A DNA stretch of 64,000 bases from Tubiluchus corallicola (lineage: Eukaryota > Animalia > Priapulida). Within the stretch, counting starts at the first letter, position 1, and each line of letters opens with the position of its first letter. The stretch covers positions 1 through 64,000 of the forward strand of contig JAQGDQ010002408.1 of NCBI GenBank assembly GCA_030141605.1, read 5' to 3'. This document shows positions 43,482 through 52,953 of the stretch, piece after piece. The notes below the pieces were generated by a model. The model made no database searches and had not been told where the DNA came from. It saw only the letters and a program-made list of their open reading frames with translations. The position numbers were made by a program, and so were the translations under genes.

Positions 43482-44999
43482 TTAATATCCTGTGTTATTT
43501 GGAAGTAGATTTGGGTTTCTCAGTATTTCAGAATTAGGTATTGGTAATAGTTTATGTTTTGCAGGATTTATGTTGGTGTGCGTTTCAAGTCCTTCACTCC
43601 CAAAAACATTCGATAAATTATAATTATCGTACTTATGTCTTCTTATAAGGTCGTACCATCTTTTCCATTCGAATGCAAGTTCTATCCTCCGTTCTTCTAA
43701 AATATCGTTCCTTAGTTGTGTGTCGTCTCCATTGTTTGTAATATCTGGCGGATGGGTACGTGGTGTTCCGTCTGCATTTCTTGCTCTTTCTCTTATTTCG
43801 TTTACATAGGCAACTGCATCGGCTCCTCTACCTAATTCATTGAGGGCTTCTGCTGCTATTAGCAATACTTCTGCATATCTAAATATGATGTAATTGTAGT
43901 GAGAGGTTCTTCCATTGGCATCTGTCTTATCTCCTGTATGTTGCCATTTGGCAATATGAGGCCTCTTGATTTCAAATTCTGTATAATTTTTAGTAACGTC
44001 CTGATTGTTTTCTGTAAAAACCTCTTCTGTGAGAAAACTAACCTCTTTTCTATAATCTAAGTCATTGAAACTTTCAAATACTTTTAAAGATGGAACAACA
44101 ACACTCCATTTGTTTATTTTGGCTCCTTTGACACCTGTAATAGGGCTCATATAGTCTAGGTTATGGCGTCCGTCACGGGTGTTTGCTAAAAAATCGACAG
44201 CCCATATAGTTTCTTCTGTATCTCCATTTTCAGCTATCCATAAATCTTGAAAGTCTTCTACTAAACCTACATTAAAATCTCCTTTTTTGTCTATTACTAT
44301 TTTAGCGTTTTCATAGGCTTTTTCCCAATTTTCTTGGGTTAGGTAAATAGAGGCCAACAATGTATGTGCTGCTGCTTTTGAGGCTCTTGTTTTTGAGCTT
44401 CCATCGCCGTACTTGTCAGGCAACCAATTTACAGCTTCTTCACAATCAGCTATAATTTGACTATAGACTTCATTTGCTGGTGTTCTTGAAATCTGTGATA
44501 CTTCACTGGGGTTTGTTATAAGTTCTGTAATGAATGGAAGGTCTCCAAATAACCTTACTAAGTGATAGTAACATAATGCTCTTATTACTTTTGCTTCGTG
44601 GATAAGTGCTTTTTCTTCGTCTTCTTCCAATCCTACATTGGGAATTCCACTTATGGCTGCATTGCTAGCACTAATAGCTTTGTAAAGTTGAGGCCAAAAA
44701 AGAGAAATAAGCCCATTTTCAGATGTATGTGTAAAATTGTTTATTTCTTGCCTATATGCGGCTGTTCCGTTATCTCCTATATCTGCCATATCGCTAAGTA
44801 GTTGTAATGCTATGTTCATCTCTCTTCCATAAATATCTTGATGTGCGAGTTCTCCATAAGCACCAAATACTGCTGCTTCTGCATCAGCTTTTGTTTTGAA
44901 TAGGCTTTCGGGGTCTAATAAGCCAATAGGTTTTTCATCTAAGTTCATACAGCCTACAAAGAAGAAGGTTGTTATCAAATAATAAGTTACTTTTTTCAT
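43482..44999 (-). CDS. susD: SusD/RagB family lipoprotein
   Basis: Lipobox FVGC, RAL.YY.LVRLFGD.P, RYAEVLLIAAEA, ERRIELAFE..RWYDL.R, NPNL..N.GY. Confidence 0.95.
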   Translation of the reverse strand: MKKVTYYLITTFFFVGCMNLDEKPIGLLDPESLFKTKADAEAAVFGAYGELAHQDIYGREMNIALQLLSDMADIGDNGTAAYRQEINNFTHTSENGLISLFWPQLYKAISASNAAISGIPNVGLEEDEEKALIHEAKVIRALCYYHLVRLFGDLPFITELITNPSEVSQISRTPANEVYSQIIADCEEAVNWLPDKYGDGSSKTRASKAAAHTLLASIYLTQENWEKAYENAKIVIDKKGDFNVGLVEDFQDLWIAENGDTEETIWAVDFLANTRDGRHNLDYMSPITGVKGAKINKWSVVVPSLKVFESFNDLDYRKEVSFLTEEVFTENNQDVTKNYTEFEIKRPHIAKWQHTGDKTDANGRTSHYNYIIFRYAEVLLIAAEALNELGRGADAVAYVNEIRERARNADGTPRTHPPDITNNGDDTQLRNDILEERRIELAFEWKRWYDLIRRHKYDNYNLSNVFGSEGLETHTNINPAKHKLLPIPNSEILRNPNLLPNNTGY

Positions 45000-45035
45000 C
45001 TTAGTGCCATTTTTAGGGTTAATACAATTCAGGGC

Positions 45036-48000
45036 TTAAAAGTTTACATTCATACCAAAAGTGTATGTTCTAATAGCAGGATAGCTTCCATAATCCATTC
45101 CTATATTTTTATTTGACCTTGCATTGTCATTAGAACGGTAGCTTATTTCAGGGTCATATCCTTTGTATTTTGTAAATGTTAGTAAATTTTGAGCGCTTGC
45201 ATAAAATCTTACTTGGCTAAATGCTTTAAGCCTTTTTAGTATCTTTTCTGGAAGGTTGTAGCCTAATGCTAAATTTTTCAGTCTAATATATGAGCCATCT
45301 TCAACCCACCTTGAAGATATTGTTGGGCTATGGTTGGCTGCTCGTGGCACTTCGTTACTGGGATTGCTAGGAGTCCATCTATCTAAAGCAGCAGTTGTTT
45401 GGTTGGCTCGGCCTGATATTTGCTCTAATTCAAGTCGTGTGACATTTAATACATCATTACCTATTACGGCTTGGAAAAATATGTTTAAGTCAAAATTTTT
45501 GTAGGAAAGGGTATTGTTTAGTCCCCAAATATAGTCGGGGTGGGGGTTACCTATGATTGTCCTATCTCCTTCATCTATTTTACCATCACCATTAATATCT
45601 TTGTATTTAATATCTCCGGGTTGTTTGTCCGGTTCTAACGAGAAGTCATCTCCTTCTTGGTAAATCCCATCCCATGCATATCCCCAAAATGCACCTACAA
45701 CTTCTCCTTCTCTTAATATTTGTGAGATTCGTGAGTCTCCCGGAAACAAATGACCTGGGATATCTCCATAAAATATATCTCCTCCAGCTAATTCTGTTAT
45801 TTTATTTCTATTGAATGATATGTTAAAATCTGTAGTCCACTGAAATTTGTTAATAAAGTTTCTTGTGGTTATGGCCAGTTCTAAACCTTTATTTTGAACT
45901 GCTCCAATATTGGTAAGCATTGTATTATATCCAGTATATCGAGGGAGTGGCAATTCATAGAGCAAGTCTTTGGTGTTCATTAAGTAGTAATCTGTTGTTA
46001 TGTTTATTCTATTTTGAAGGAGACCTATATCTATTCCTATGTTGTATTGTTGTGTTTGTTCCCAAGTTAAATCACTATTAGCTAGTGCTGTGGGGCTGAT
46101 GGCAACAACAGTCGTTCCGTCTATAACCGTTAATACATCGCTAAACTTTGCAAGAGATTGGTAGCTCCCTATGTCAGTATTTCCTGTAATGCCATAACTT
46201 AATCTAAATTTTAAGGAGCTAATTGTGTTAAAGTTCTTCAAGAATTCTTCTTCTTTTATATTCCAAGCCAGTGCTGCTGATGGAAAGAATGCCCATTTGT
46301 TGTTTTGTCCAAATCGTGAAGATCCATCATACCTCCCTGTAACGGTCAAAAGATATTTGCTGTCAAAGTTGTAATTTAGTCTTCCATACCAAGAGGCTAA
46401 TTCCCATTCGGTAAGTTCAGAGGAGGGTTGTTGGTAATTAGCACCTCCTCCTAAGTTCCAAAAACTGTAATTGTCTGTTATAAAACTCCAGTTTTCTGCT
46501 TCCCATGTTTCTACTATTGATTGTTGGTAAGAGTATCCAAGTAGTGCAGATAAGGTATGTTGTTCGTTTATTTTTTTTGTATAGTTGAGGTAGTTCTCAT
46601 TGAGCAAATTAGTATTTTTTCTACCTTCTATAGAGGCTTTCCCATTTACATTTTCTGCATCTAATAATGTTCGAGGTATAAATTCTCCTATTCTTCTGTT
46701 ATAAATATTAGTTCCTAAGCTTACTCTTAGTCTTAATTCGTCTGAAATATCATATTCTCCAAAAAGATTTATTTGTGTTCTGTCTATAATTTTTTCGTTT
46801 ATTCTTTCCGTTGCAATAGCATAAGGGTTGTCTATTGGGTCGCTGATTTCATTACGAGTAAAGTTGCCGTTGGCATCATAAATTCCTAATGTGGGTACAA
46901 ATTTAAGAGCCGAAGAGATTACTCCTGTAGTAGGTCCTCCTGAACTTTCTTGAGTTCTCACTCCATTTGTATTAGTACGTCTAATTTGTATATTGCTTCC
47001 TATTTTTAATTTGTCGCTGGCTTGAAAATTAAGATTGTTTACTAATGAAATTCTGTTAAAATCTGAATTGATAACTATTCCTTTGTTCCCAAAATAAGTT
47101 GTTGACAAGTAATAGGTTACCTTATCGCTTCCTCCCGAAAAGGATAATTGATAGTTTTGAATGGAACCTTGTCTAAATATTTCATCTTGCCAGTCGGTAT
47201 CTTCATATTCTGAAGCAGGTAGGGTATATCTAGGTGGTTCTTCTATGTTGTCGGACCAGTCGTTCATATATTCTATGAATTGTTCTGTGTTTAGGAGGTC
47301 TATTGTTTTAGTTATTTCTTGGATAGATGTAGAGACATTGAAACTTATTTGTGATTTTCCTATTTTTCCTGATTTTGTTGTAACGAGTACAACTCCGTTG
47401 GCACCTCTTGAACCGTATATGGCAGTTGAAGAGGCATCTTTTAGTATTTCTATTGATTGAATGTCTTCTGGAGGTGGTAGGCTACCTCCTGCAAACCCAT
47501 CTACTACGTATAGGGGGTCGCTACTTGCATTGATTGAAGTAGCACCACGTATTCTTATTTTCATATCGCCTCCTGGCTCTCCGCTGTTTGCACTAGTTAC
47601 CATTACTCCTGATGCTCTACCTTGCAATGCTTGTGTTATTCCTGATGCTGGGTAGGCGTTAATATCTTCGGACGACACAGATGATAGTGAGCCAGTTAAA
47701 TCACTCTTTTTTTGTATTCCGTATCCAATGGCTACCACTTCGTCTAATCCTATTGCACCAGATTCCATTACAACATTTATTTTTGTCTGTTTTTGTATAG
47801 GAATTTCTTGACTTTTCATACCTACAAAAGAAAATATAAGTGTCCCTTCACTGTTGGGAACAGTTATGGTATATTCTCCGTTAGGGTTGCTTATAGTTCC
47901 TGTTGTAGTTCCTTTAACTAAGATAGTTACTCCGGGTAAGTCTTGTCCGTCTGAATCAACAACTTGTCCTGTTATTTCTATGCTTTGTGCCTTTAAATAG

Positions 48001-48047
48001 TTAGTGAATAATAAAGTTATTATCAAGTAAAAGAATAGTTTTTTCAT
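45036..48047 (-). CDS. susC: SusC/RagA TonB-dependent transporter
   Basis: LDEVVAIGYG, DLTGS, PLYVVDG, ILKDASSTAIYGSRGANGVVLVTTK, LTWE, C-terminal F. Confidence 0.96.
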   Translation of the reverse strand: MKKLFFYLIITLLFTNYLKAQSIEITGQVVDSDGQDLPGVTILVKGTTTGTISNPNGEYTITVPNSEGTLIFSFVGMKSQEIPIQKQTKINVVMESGAIGLDEVVAIGYGIQKKSDLTGSLSSVSSEDINAYPASGITQALQGRASGVMVTSANSGEPGGDMKIRIRGATSINASSDPLYVVDGFAGGSLPPPEDIQSIEILKDASSTAIYGSRGANGVVLVTTKSGKIGKSQISFNVSTSIQEITKTIDLLNTEQFIEYMNDWSDNIEEPPRYTLPASEYEDTDWQDEIFRQGSIQNYQLSFSGGSDKVTYYLSTTYFGNKGIVINSDFNRISLVNNLNFQASDKLKIGSNIQIRRTNTNGVRTQESSGGPTTGVISSALKFVPTLGIYDANGNFTRNEISDPIDNPYAIATERINEKIIDRTQINLFGEYDISDELRLRVSLGTNIYNRRIGEFIPRTLLDAENVNGKASIEGRKNTNLLNENYLNYTKKINEQHTLSALLGYSYQQSIVETWEAENWSFITDNYSFWNLGGGANYQQPSSELTEWELASWYGRLNYNFDSKYLLTVTGRYDGSSRFGQNNKWAFFPSAALAWNIKEEEFLKNFNTISSLKFRLSYGITGNTDIGSYQSLAKFSDVLTVIDGTTVVAISPTALANSDLTWEQTQQYNIGIDIGLLQNRINITTDYYLMNTKDLLYELPLPRYTGYNTMLTNIGAVQNKGLELAITTRNFINKFQWTTDFNISFNRNKITELAGGDIFYGDIPGHLFPGDSRISQILREGEVVGAFWGYAWDGIYQEGDDFSLEPDKQPGDIKYKDINGDGKIDEGDRTIIGNPHPDYIWGLNNTLSYKNFDLNIFFQAVIGNDVLNVTRLELEQISGRANQTTAALDRWTPSNPSNEVPRAANHSPTISSRWVEDGSYIRLKNLALGYNLPEKILKRLKAFSQVRFYASAQNLLTFTKYKGYDPEISYRSNDNARSNKNIGMDYGSYPAIRTYTFGMNVNF

Positions 48048-48091
48048 AATGTTCGTTTTTTACTGACTTTTTATTTATGTATACAAAATGC

Positions 48092-48103
48092 GTGAGCGTT
48101 CAC
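48092..48103. promoter_or_regulatory. Candidate LacI-family operator GTGAGCGTTCAC
   Basis: Near-palindrome with central CG, 11/12 identical to the symmetric lacO core GTGAGCGCTCAC, located between the promoter and the susC start. Confidence 0.6.
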
Positions 48104-48114
48104 ATTGTAATTTG

Positions 48115-48146
48115 CAAATATAATATACACAAATGCTTTCTCCAAA
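48115..48146 (-). promoter_or_regulatory. Bacteroidota sigma70 promoter for the inner susC operon
   Basis: TTTG (48143-48146), 20 nt spacer, TATATTTG (48115-48122). Confidence 0.7.
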
Positions 48147-48218
48147 AAAAAAAGTACTTTTATATTACAAAGTTTAATGCTTATTATATGTTTCGTTTTT
48201 TTATAAAAATTGTATTGG

Positions 48219-49403
48219 TTATTTATATAGCCATATTAAAGGGTTTCTTATAGGCAAATTTCTTATGACCTCTTGCACTTGGGGGTTGTGTTCTAAGGCT
48301 TTCCATATCTCATAGTGTTTTTCATTGTTAAAGGCGTTTGCCGCAAAAATAAGATAAGGCTGTGCCACAGGCCAGTTTTCCCAATACATCACATCGGGTT
48401 TTAATTTCCATTTACTTTTGTCTTCTACAAATGGGGTTAAAAACTCTACTCCTTTTTTAATGTTTCTTCCATCAGATAGTGTGTATTGCCATAGGTTATC
48501 ATCTTCTGTCGATAGTATTTGGCAAACGGTTGCCATTGCATCCAAGTTAAATAAGGAATATCCATAGGGTTTGGTTCTTTCTAATTCTTCTGGGAAACTG
48601 CCATTTTCTGCCATTTGGTCAGGTAGAAGGATGTTTTTATATCGTTCTTTACAGAGTAGGAGGGTTTCTTTGTCGTCTGTTAATTTAGCAAAAGATGCTA
48701 CTTGCATTGCCCAACAAGTTCCGTGGTTGTTTTCTTTTTCGCGTTCTGCTATACCGTATTCGTGGGTAGTTATCCAGTTTAAATACTGTTTAAACCACTT
48801 TTGAACATTGTTAGAAAAGTTTTCATCAAGTAGGTTTAATTTTTTGAGAATTAGGATACTCTGAGCTACTTCCATTAAGTGTATAGTATCTATGATACCA
48901 ATGCCCCTTCCTGTTACACGTCCTGTAATTGCTTGTGCATAAAGTAGATGGGGGTTCATTCTTGTGTTGGGGTTTACAAACCACGCATCCAAGTGCTTTA
49001 CAATATGCTCTATGTATGTTTTATCCTTATTAATAATATAGGCAGAAGTTAAAGTGCCAACAATACGGCTTAATCTTATCATCGCTAATCTATGGGCGAC
49101 GAAGTTGTTAGGATTTGTTTGTCCATCTCTTTGGATGTAAGGGGCATTCGGATTTTTGGGGTCAGGCCACCAATAATCGCCTTCGGAATAGAAATCGTGT
49201 TTCCCCCCAGCACTTCTTTCACAGTATTCGGCAGTAATGGTTATTGGCTCTTGTTGTAATGCCCATTTGCTATTTGCTAATATAGATGGCTTCAATACTT
49301 CTTGTGCTTTATAAAATATTTCGGTCTGTTTTTTTTCTGTTTTACAGAATTGAAATATAATTAGAAGAAGCAATAATGACAATATGTTAATGTTAGCTTT
49401 CAT
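48219..49403 (-). CDS. Polysaccharide lyase, alginate-lyase fold (PL38-like) lipoprotein, copy A
   Basis: SAGGKHDFYSEGDYWWPDP...PYIQRDG, GRGIGIIDT, NNHGT, ELERTKPYGYSLFNL. Confidence 0.82.
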   Translation of the reverse strand: MKANINILSLLLLLIIFQFCKTEKKQTEIFYKAQEVLKPSILANSKWALQQEPITITAEYCERSAGGKHDFYSEGDYWWPDPKNPNAPYIQRDGQTNPNNFVAHRLAMIRLSRIVGTLTSAYIINKDKTYIEHIVKHLDAWFVNPNTRMNPHLLYAQAITGRVTGRGIGIIDTIHLMEVAQSILILKKLNLLDENFSNNVQKWFKQYLNWITTHEYGIAEREKENNHGTCWAMQVASFAKLTDDKETLLLCKERYKNILLPDQMAENGSFPEELERTKPYGYSLFNLDAMATVCQILSTEDDNLWQYTLSDGRNIKKGVEFLTPFVEDKSKWKLKPDVMYWENWPVAQPYLIFAANAFNNEKHYEIWKALEHNPQVQEVIRNLPIRNPLIWLYK

Positions 49404-49438
49404 AGTATAATTTTCTTTGAGTACTGGTAGTATGTAGA

Positions 49439-50668
49439 TTATTTATGTTCATCATTTATGTTTTTCAACTTTATCAATGCCTCTAAAAAGTAGTATTCCG
49501 CATAAATTATAGGAACATCTACTTCTGAATTTTTAGGTTTATTCCCTGTGCTATGTAAAAGTATGAACCCTTTATTTTCGTTAGGTTTTGAGCGATAGTT
49601 AGAGGACGATAAGTTTCTTAGTATTTTTATAGCAGTGTTTTTGTAATTGTTTTTTCTATTATTTGAGTACTGCGATAGCTCCAATAGTGCCGAAGCCATT
49701 ACTGTAGCAGCAGATACGTCTCTTGGCACGTTGGGAATTTGAGGGTCATTAAAGTCCCAGTAAGGAATTATATCATCAGGCAAGTTTTTATGAGAAATAA
49801 TAAAAGAAGCTATTTTTTCTGCTTGATTTAAGTATGCTTCTTCTCCTGTTTCTCTATACATCATTGTAAAACCGTAAAGTCCCCAACTCTGTCCTCTTGC
49901 CCAAGCAGATTCGTGGGCATAGCCTTGATGAGTATGGCGTTGAACAACTTTGCCCGTTAATGTATCATAGTCTAATACGTGATAGGAGCTGTAATCTTTT
50001 CTAAAATGGTTTTTTAATGTTGCTTCGGTATGTGAAATAGCAATATTTTTTAATGTGTCATTGTTTGTTTCTTTTGCAACCCATAAGAGTAACTCTAAGT
50101 TCATCATATTGTCAATGATTACAGGGTAGTCCCACTTATCTTTATTATGATCCCAGGACCTTATACAAGCTGTGTTGGGATTAAAACGTGTTGTAAGAGT
50201 TTTTGCCGACTGTATTAAAATGTCTTTGTATTCTTTATTTCCTGTTAGCCTGTAGGCATTACCGTAACTGCAAAACATTTTAAAGCCCATATCGTGTGTT
50301 TTTGCGTTGTATTTTTCTTGTTCTAATAGTTTGGTATATTTTTCGGCTTCTTTTTTCCATTTATTGTTATTGGTGTATTCGTACATATACCATAATGTTC
50401 CTGCGAAGAAACCACTTGTCCAATCTCTTGAGGCAACTAAGTGCAAACTTCCGTCGTTTTCTAAATTTCTAGGTGCTACTAATTTCTTTTGAGGGCTTTT
50501 CTGCTGTTCTGAACCCATTATTTGCTCGGTATTTTTAATTAAGATACTTAACTGCTCTTCTGCAAAGAGAAAGTTTTCTTCCACAAGTTTATCTGCATTT
50601 TGGTTGTTGCACGATGTTGTTAAAAGAGTAATAAAAAATAATGCGATTGTGTATTGTTTTGTCATCAT
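49439..50668 (-). CDS. GH88 unsaturated glucuronyl hydrolase
   Basis: DWTSGFF, THDMGF, IRSWD, VIIDNMMNLE, WARGQSWG.YG, YWDF, RDVSAA, YAEYYFLEAL; lipobox TTSC. Confidence 0.92.
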   Translation of the reverse strand: MMTKQYTIALFFITLLTTSCNNQNADKLVEENFLFAEEQLSILIKNTEQIMGSEQQKSPQKKLVAPRNLENDGSLHLVASRDWTSGFFAGTLWYMYEYTNNNKWKKEAEKYTKLLEQEKYNAKTHDMGFKMFCSYGNAYRLTGNKEYKDILIQSAKTLTTRFNPNTACIRSWDHNKDKWDYPVIIDNMMNLELLLWVAKETNNDTLKNIAISHTEATLKNHFRKDYSSYHVLDYDTLTGKVVQRHTHQGYAHESAWARGQSWGLYGFTMMYRETGEEAYLNQAEKIASFIISHKNLPDDIIPYWDFNDPQIPNVPRDVSAATVMASALLELSQYSNNRKNNYKNTAIKILRNLSSSNYRSKPNENKGFILLHSTGNKPKNSEVDVPIIYAEYYFLEALIKLKNINDEHK

Positions 50669-50708
50669 AATAATGAGTCTTTAAATTATGTTTTTAAAAT
50701 TTTTATTG

Positions 50709-51494
50709 TTAATCTGATTTTATTTTTAGTATTGCATTTGCATATCTTTCGCCAAGTATGTGTAGGCTTTTGGTATCGAAGTGTATGCTGTCGTTTTTAG
50801 GTGTAAGGTTGTCTGATTTTACCAAGGCAGTGTGGTTTATGTTTTCTGTTATGGTGTTTAGCATTGTATTAAAATCATTGACAGAGTTACGCCATTTGCC
50901 CAATTCTCCTGCTACGAATGGTAAGTTTGGACTATTTAGGTCTTGACGTAAATCTGTTACCATTTTCTTTAGGTATTCCATATAGGTGTCAGCATTATTT
51001 TTATCGCTGCTCCCTTGATGCCACAATATGGCTTTTAGTGTGCCTCCTTTGGCTAAGGCTTCTTGTGTGCGTTTTATGGCTTCGTTATATAGTAGTGAAT
51101 CTTTTTGCCACTTTTTTATACTTGTGCCTCCTCGTGCATTGACTATTAAGCCAATTTTTTTATTAGTTTCTTTTGATAGTTTTTCGCCAAACCTATATCC
51201 TAAACTTATTTCTTGCATTGATAGTTTTTTCCTTACGGTAGAATATTTGTTTAGAGGATGTTTTGCTTTTTCCCATTTTCCTTTGTCGTTGAATAGGTAT
51301 ACCTTTTCTAAAAGTAGTAGAGTGTCTTTAGGTTGCATTTCTCCCCTTCCTGCCATATTAGACTGTCCGATAAGTAAGTAGATGTCTAAGTTTGACTTAT
51401 TTTTATCACATGACTTATTTTTATCACAAGAGGATAATACAAATAATAATAGCAGAAGAATATAAAGGATTTTATTTTTTATTGTTATCATCAA
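50709..51494 (-). CDS. SGNH carbohydrate O-acetylesterase (SASA/CE6-like), lipoprotein
   Basis: GQSNM, ARGGT, LWHQG, DSIHF catalytic motifs. Confidence 0.85.
   Translation of the reverse strand: MMITIKNKILYILLLLLFVLSSCDKNKSCDKNKSNLDIYLLIGQSNMAGRGEMQPKDTLLLLEKVYLFNDKGKWEKAKHPLNKYSTVRKKLSMQEISLGYRFGEKLSKETNKKIGLIVNARGGTSIKKWQKDSLLYNEAIKRTQEALAKGGTLKAILWHQGSSDKNNADTYMEYLKKMVTDLRQDLNSPNLPFVAGELGKWRNSVNDFNTMLNTITENINHTALVKSDNLTPKNDSIHFDTKSLHILGERYANAILKIKSD
51393..51428. repeat. 18-bp tandem duplication (CDKNKS x2) at the esterase lipobox
   Basis: TGACTTATTTTTATCACA twice. Confidence 0.9.
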
Positions 51495-52887
51495 AATAAT
51501 TTATAAGACTATATATTTGTGTATTAACTTCTTTCATCATTTTTAATAAAGAGTTGTAAGTATCGTATTTGTAATCAACAATTCCTTTGTTTGAGTCTGT
51601 ATTAGAGAGTTCAGCATTTTTCTGTGTAGGGTCGTTGTCTTGATATTTGAACCAGTGCCATCCTACACAATTTTTAGATTGCAATAGTCCTAAAGTGTAG
51701 TTTTGGTAAAATATTCCTCTGTCTTTTTGTGTTTTTACTATCCATCCTGCTCCTGATTGGTTGGGTAGTCCAGAATCTTCTGCTTTTACATACCATTCGG
51801 TTATCATAAATGGCTTGCCCGACCATTCTGTCCAAGCATTGATTTCTTCTTGTTGAGGTGTCCATCTGTGGTAATAGTTGCAGCTTACTATATCTACATA
51901 TTTCCCTAGGGTAGTCATAAACAAAGCATTGTTTTTTTCATCTGTGTATAACCTAGGTCCTAATATGAGGTGATTAGGGTCGTGTTTTCGTATGGCTTTG
52001 GTTACAATAGATAGATACTTATCGGCAATATATGCTCTAAATTCGTCTTTTATATCATTTGTAAACTGGCTATCTTTGTTTAAACCTTTATTTTTTAACC
52101 ATTGTATGGTAGCCTTGTATCCATTATCGTCTTTGTTTAATTTCAAGTATCCTTCGAGCATATTTCTTTTGAAAGGCATTTCATTGTCGGTGAAATAACC
52201 AAATAAATTGGCATCATTTTTTAATTGTACTAATTCTTTGGCTTTTTCATTACAGAATGTTTCAAACTCTGGTTCGAAAACAAAGATAGCATTGTGTGGA
52301 TAGCCTGTATGACCCGGTACTGCATAAGTTTTTCCCAATTTTTTTCCAAAACTACTCATCAATGCAAGGTTGATAGTATAAGCAAAATGGGTATTGTTTT
52401 CTTTGTTTTGCTGTTGTATGTTTTCTACTTCTGACCAAGAGCCTGCTGAGTTGAAACCATTTTCTTTTAGCATTTTTATAGTTTCGTTTGTCCAGTTTTC
52501 TGTGTTGCCAAATTTTTCCTTAAAGGTTTGCTTTGTTCTATCTGATTTTCCTCTGTTGATTGAGTTTACGGATAGGTTTATTACGGGATGCCCATCAGGG
52601 GATATAATCCACCATCGGTTTTTTATTTTTTTTGTGTAGTAAAATCCTTTGGTTTCTTCTTTTATATCTGTTCTATCTCCGTATTTTCCTGTTTCTATTT
52701 TACTTTTTTTATAGCCTTTCAATTGCTTTATGGTAGTGGCTTCCATATTTTCCCAGTCTTTAAAATATGGTTGCTGTTTTTTGTTAGAAGGATATACCTT
52801 TTTTTTTACACTTACTACTGGCATTTTCGCCTCGCTATAAATACAGGATATGAATAGTATTATCGAAAAAAATAATGTATTTCTCAT
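51472..52887 (-). CDS. Clan GH-A hydrolase, short GH50/agarase-like catalytic domain, specificity unknown
   Basis: RWWIISPDG, GFNSAGSWS, GYFTDNE (acid/base), DPNHLILG.R, KPFMITEW (nucleophile), TQKDRG, CVGWHWFKYQD. Confidence 0.65.
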   Translation of the reverse strand: MRNTLFFSIILFISCIYSEAKMPVVSVKKKVYPSNKKQQPYFKDWENMEATTIKQLKGYKKSKIETGKYGDRTDIKEETKGFYYTKKIKNRWWIISPDGHPVINLSVNSINRGKSDRTKQTFKEKFGNTENWTNETIKMLKENGFNSAGSWSEVENIQQQNKENNTHFAYTINLALMSSFGKKLGKTYAVPGHTGYPHNAIFVFEPEFETFCNEKAKELVQLKNDANLFGYFTDNEMPFKRNMLEGYLKLNKDDNGYKATIQWLKNKGLNKDSQFTNDIKDEFRAYIADKYLSIVTKAIRKHDPNHLILGPRLYTDEKNNALFMTTLGKYVDIVSCNYYHRWTPQQEEINAWTEWSGKPFMITEWYVKAEDSGLPNQSGAGWIVKTQKDRGIFYQNYTLGLLQSKNCVGWHWFKYQDNDPTQKNAELSNTDSNKGIVDYKYDTYNSLLKMMKEVNTQIYSLINYFDDNNKK

Positions 52888-52953
52888 AGAGTAGAATTAT
52901 GCAACTTAATGTTATGTAAAAAAAATATGCAACATTAGGGATGGTTATTTTTA

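Noticed and set aside
39571-49354. Lyase repeats as a diversity-generating retroelement TR/VR pair
   Set aside because: No reverse transcriptase in the window, both copies lie in full-length genes, and the few mismatches are ordinary transitions in both directions.
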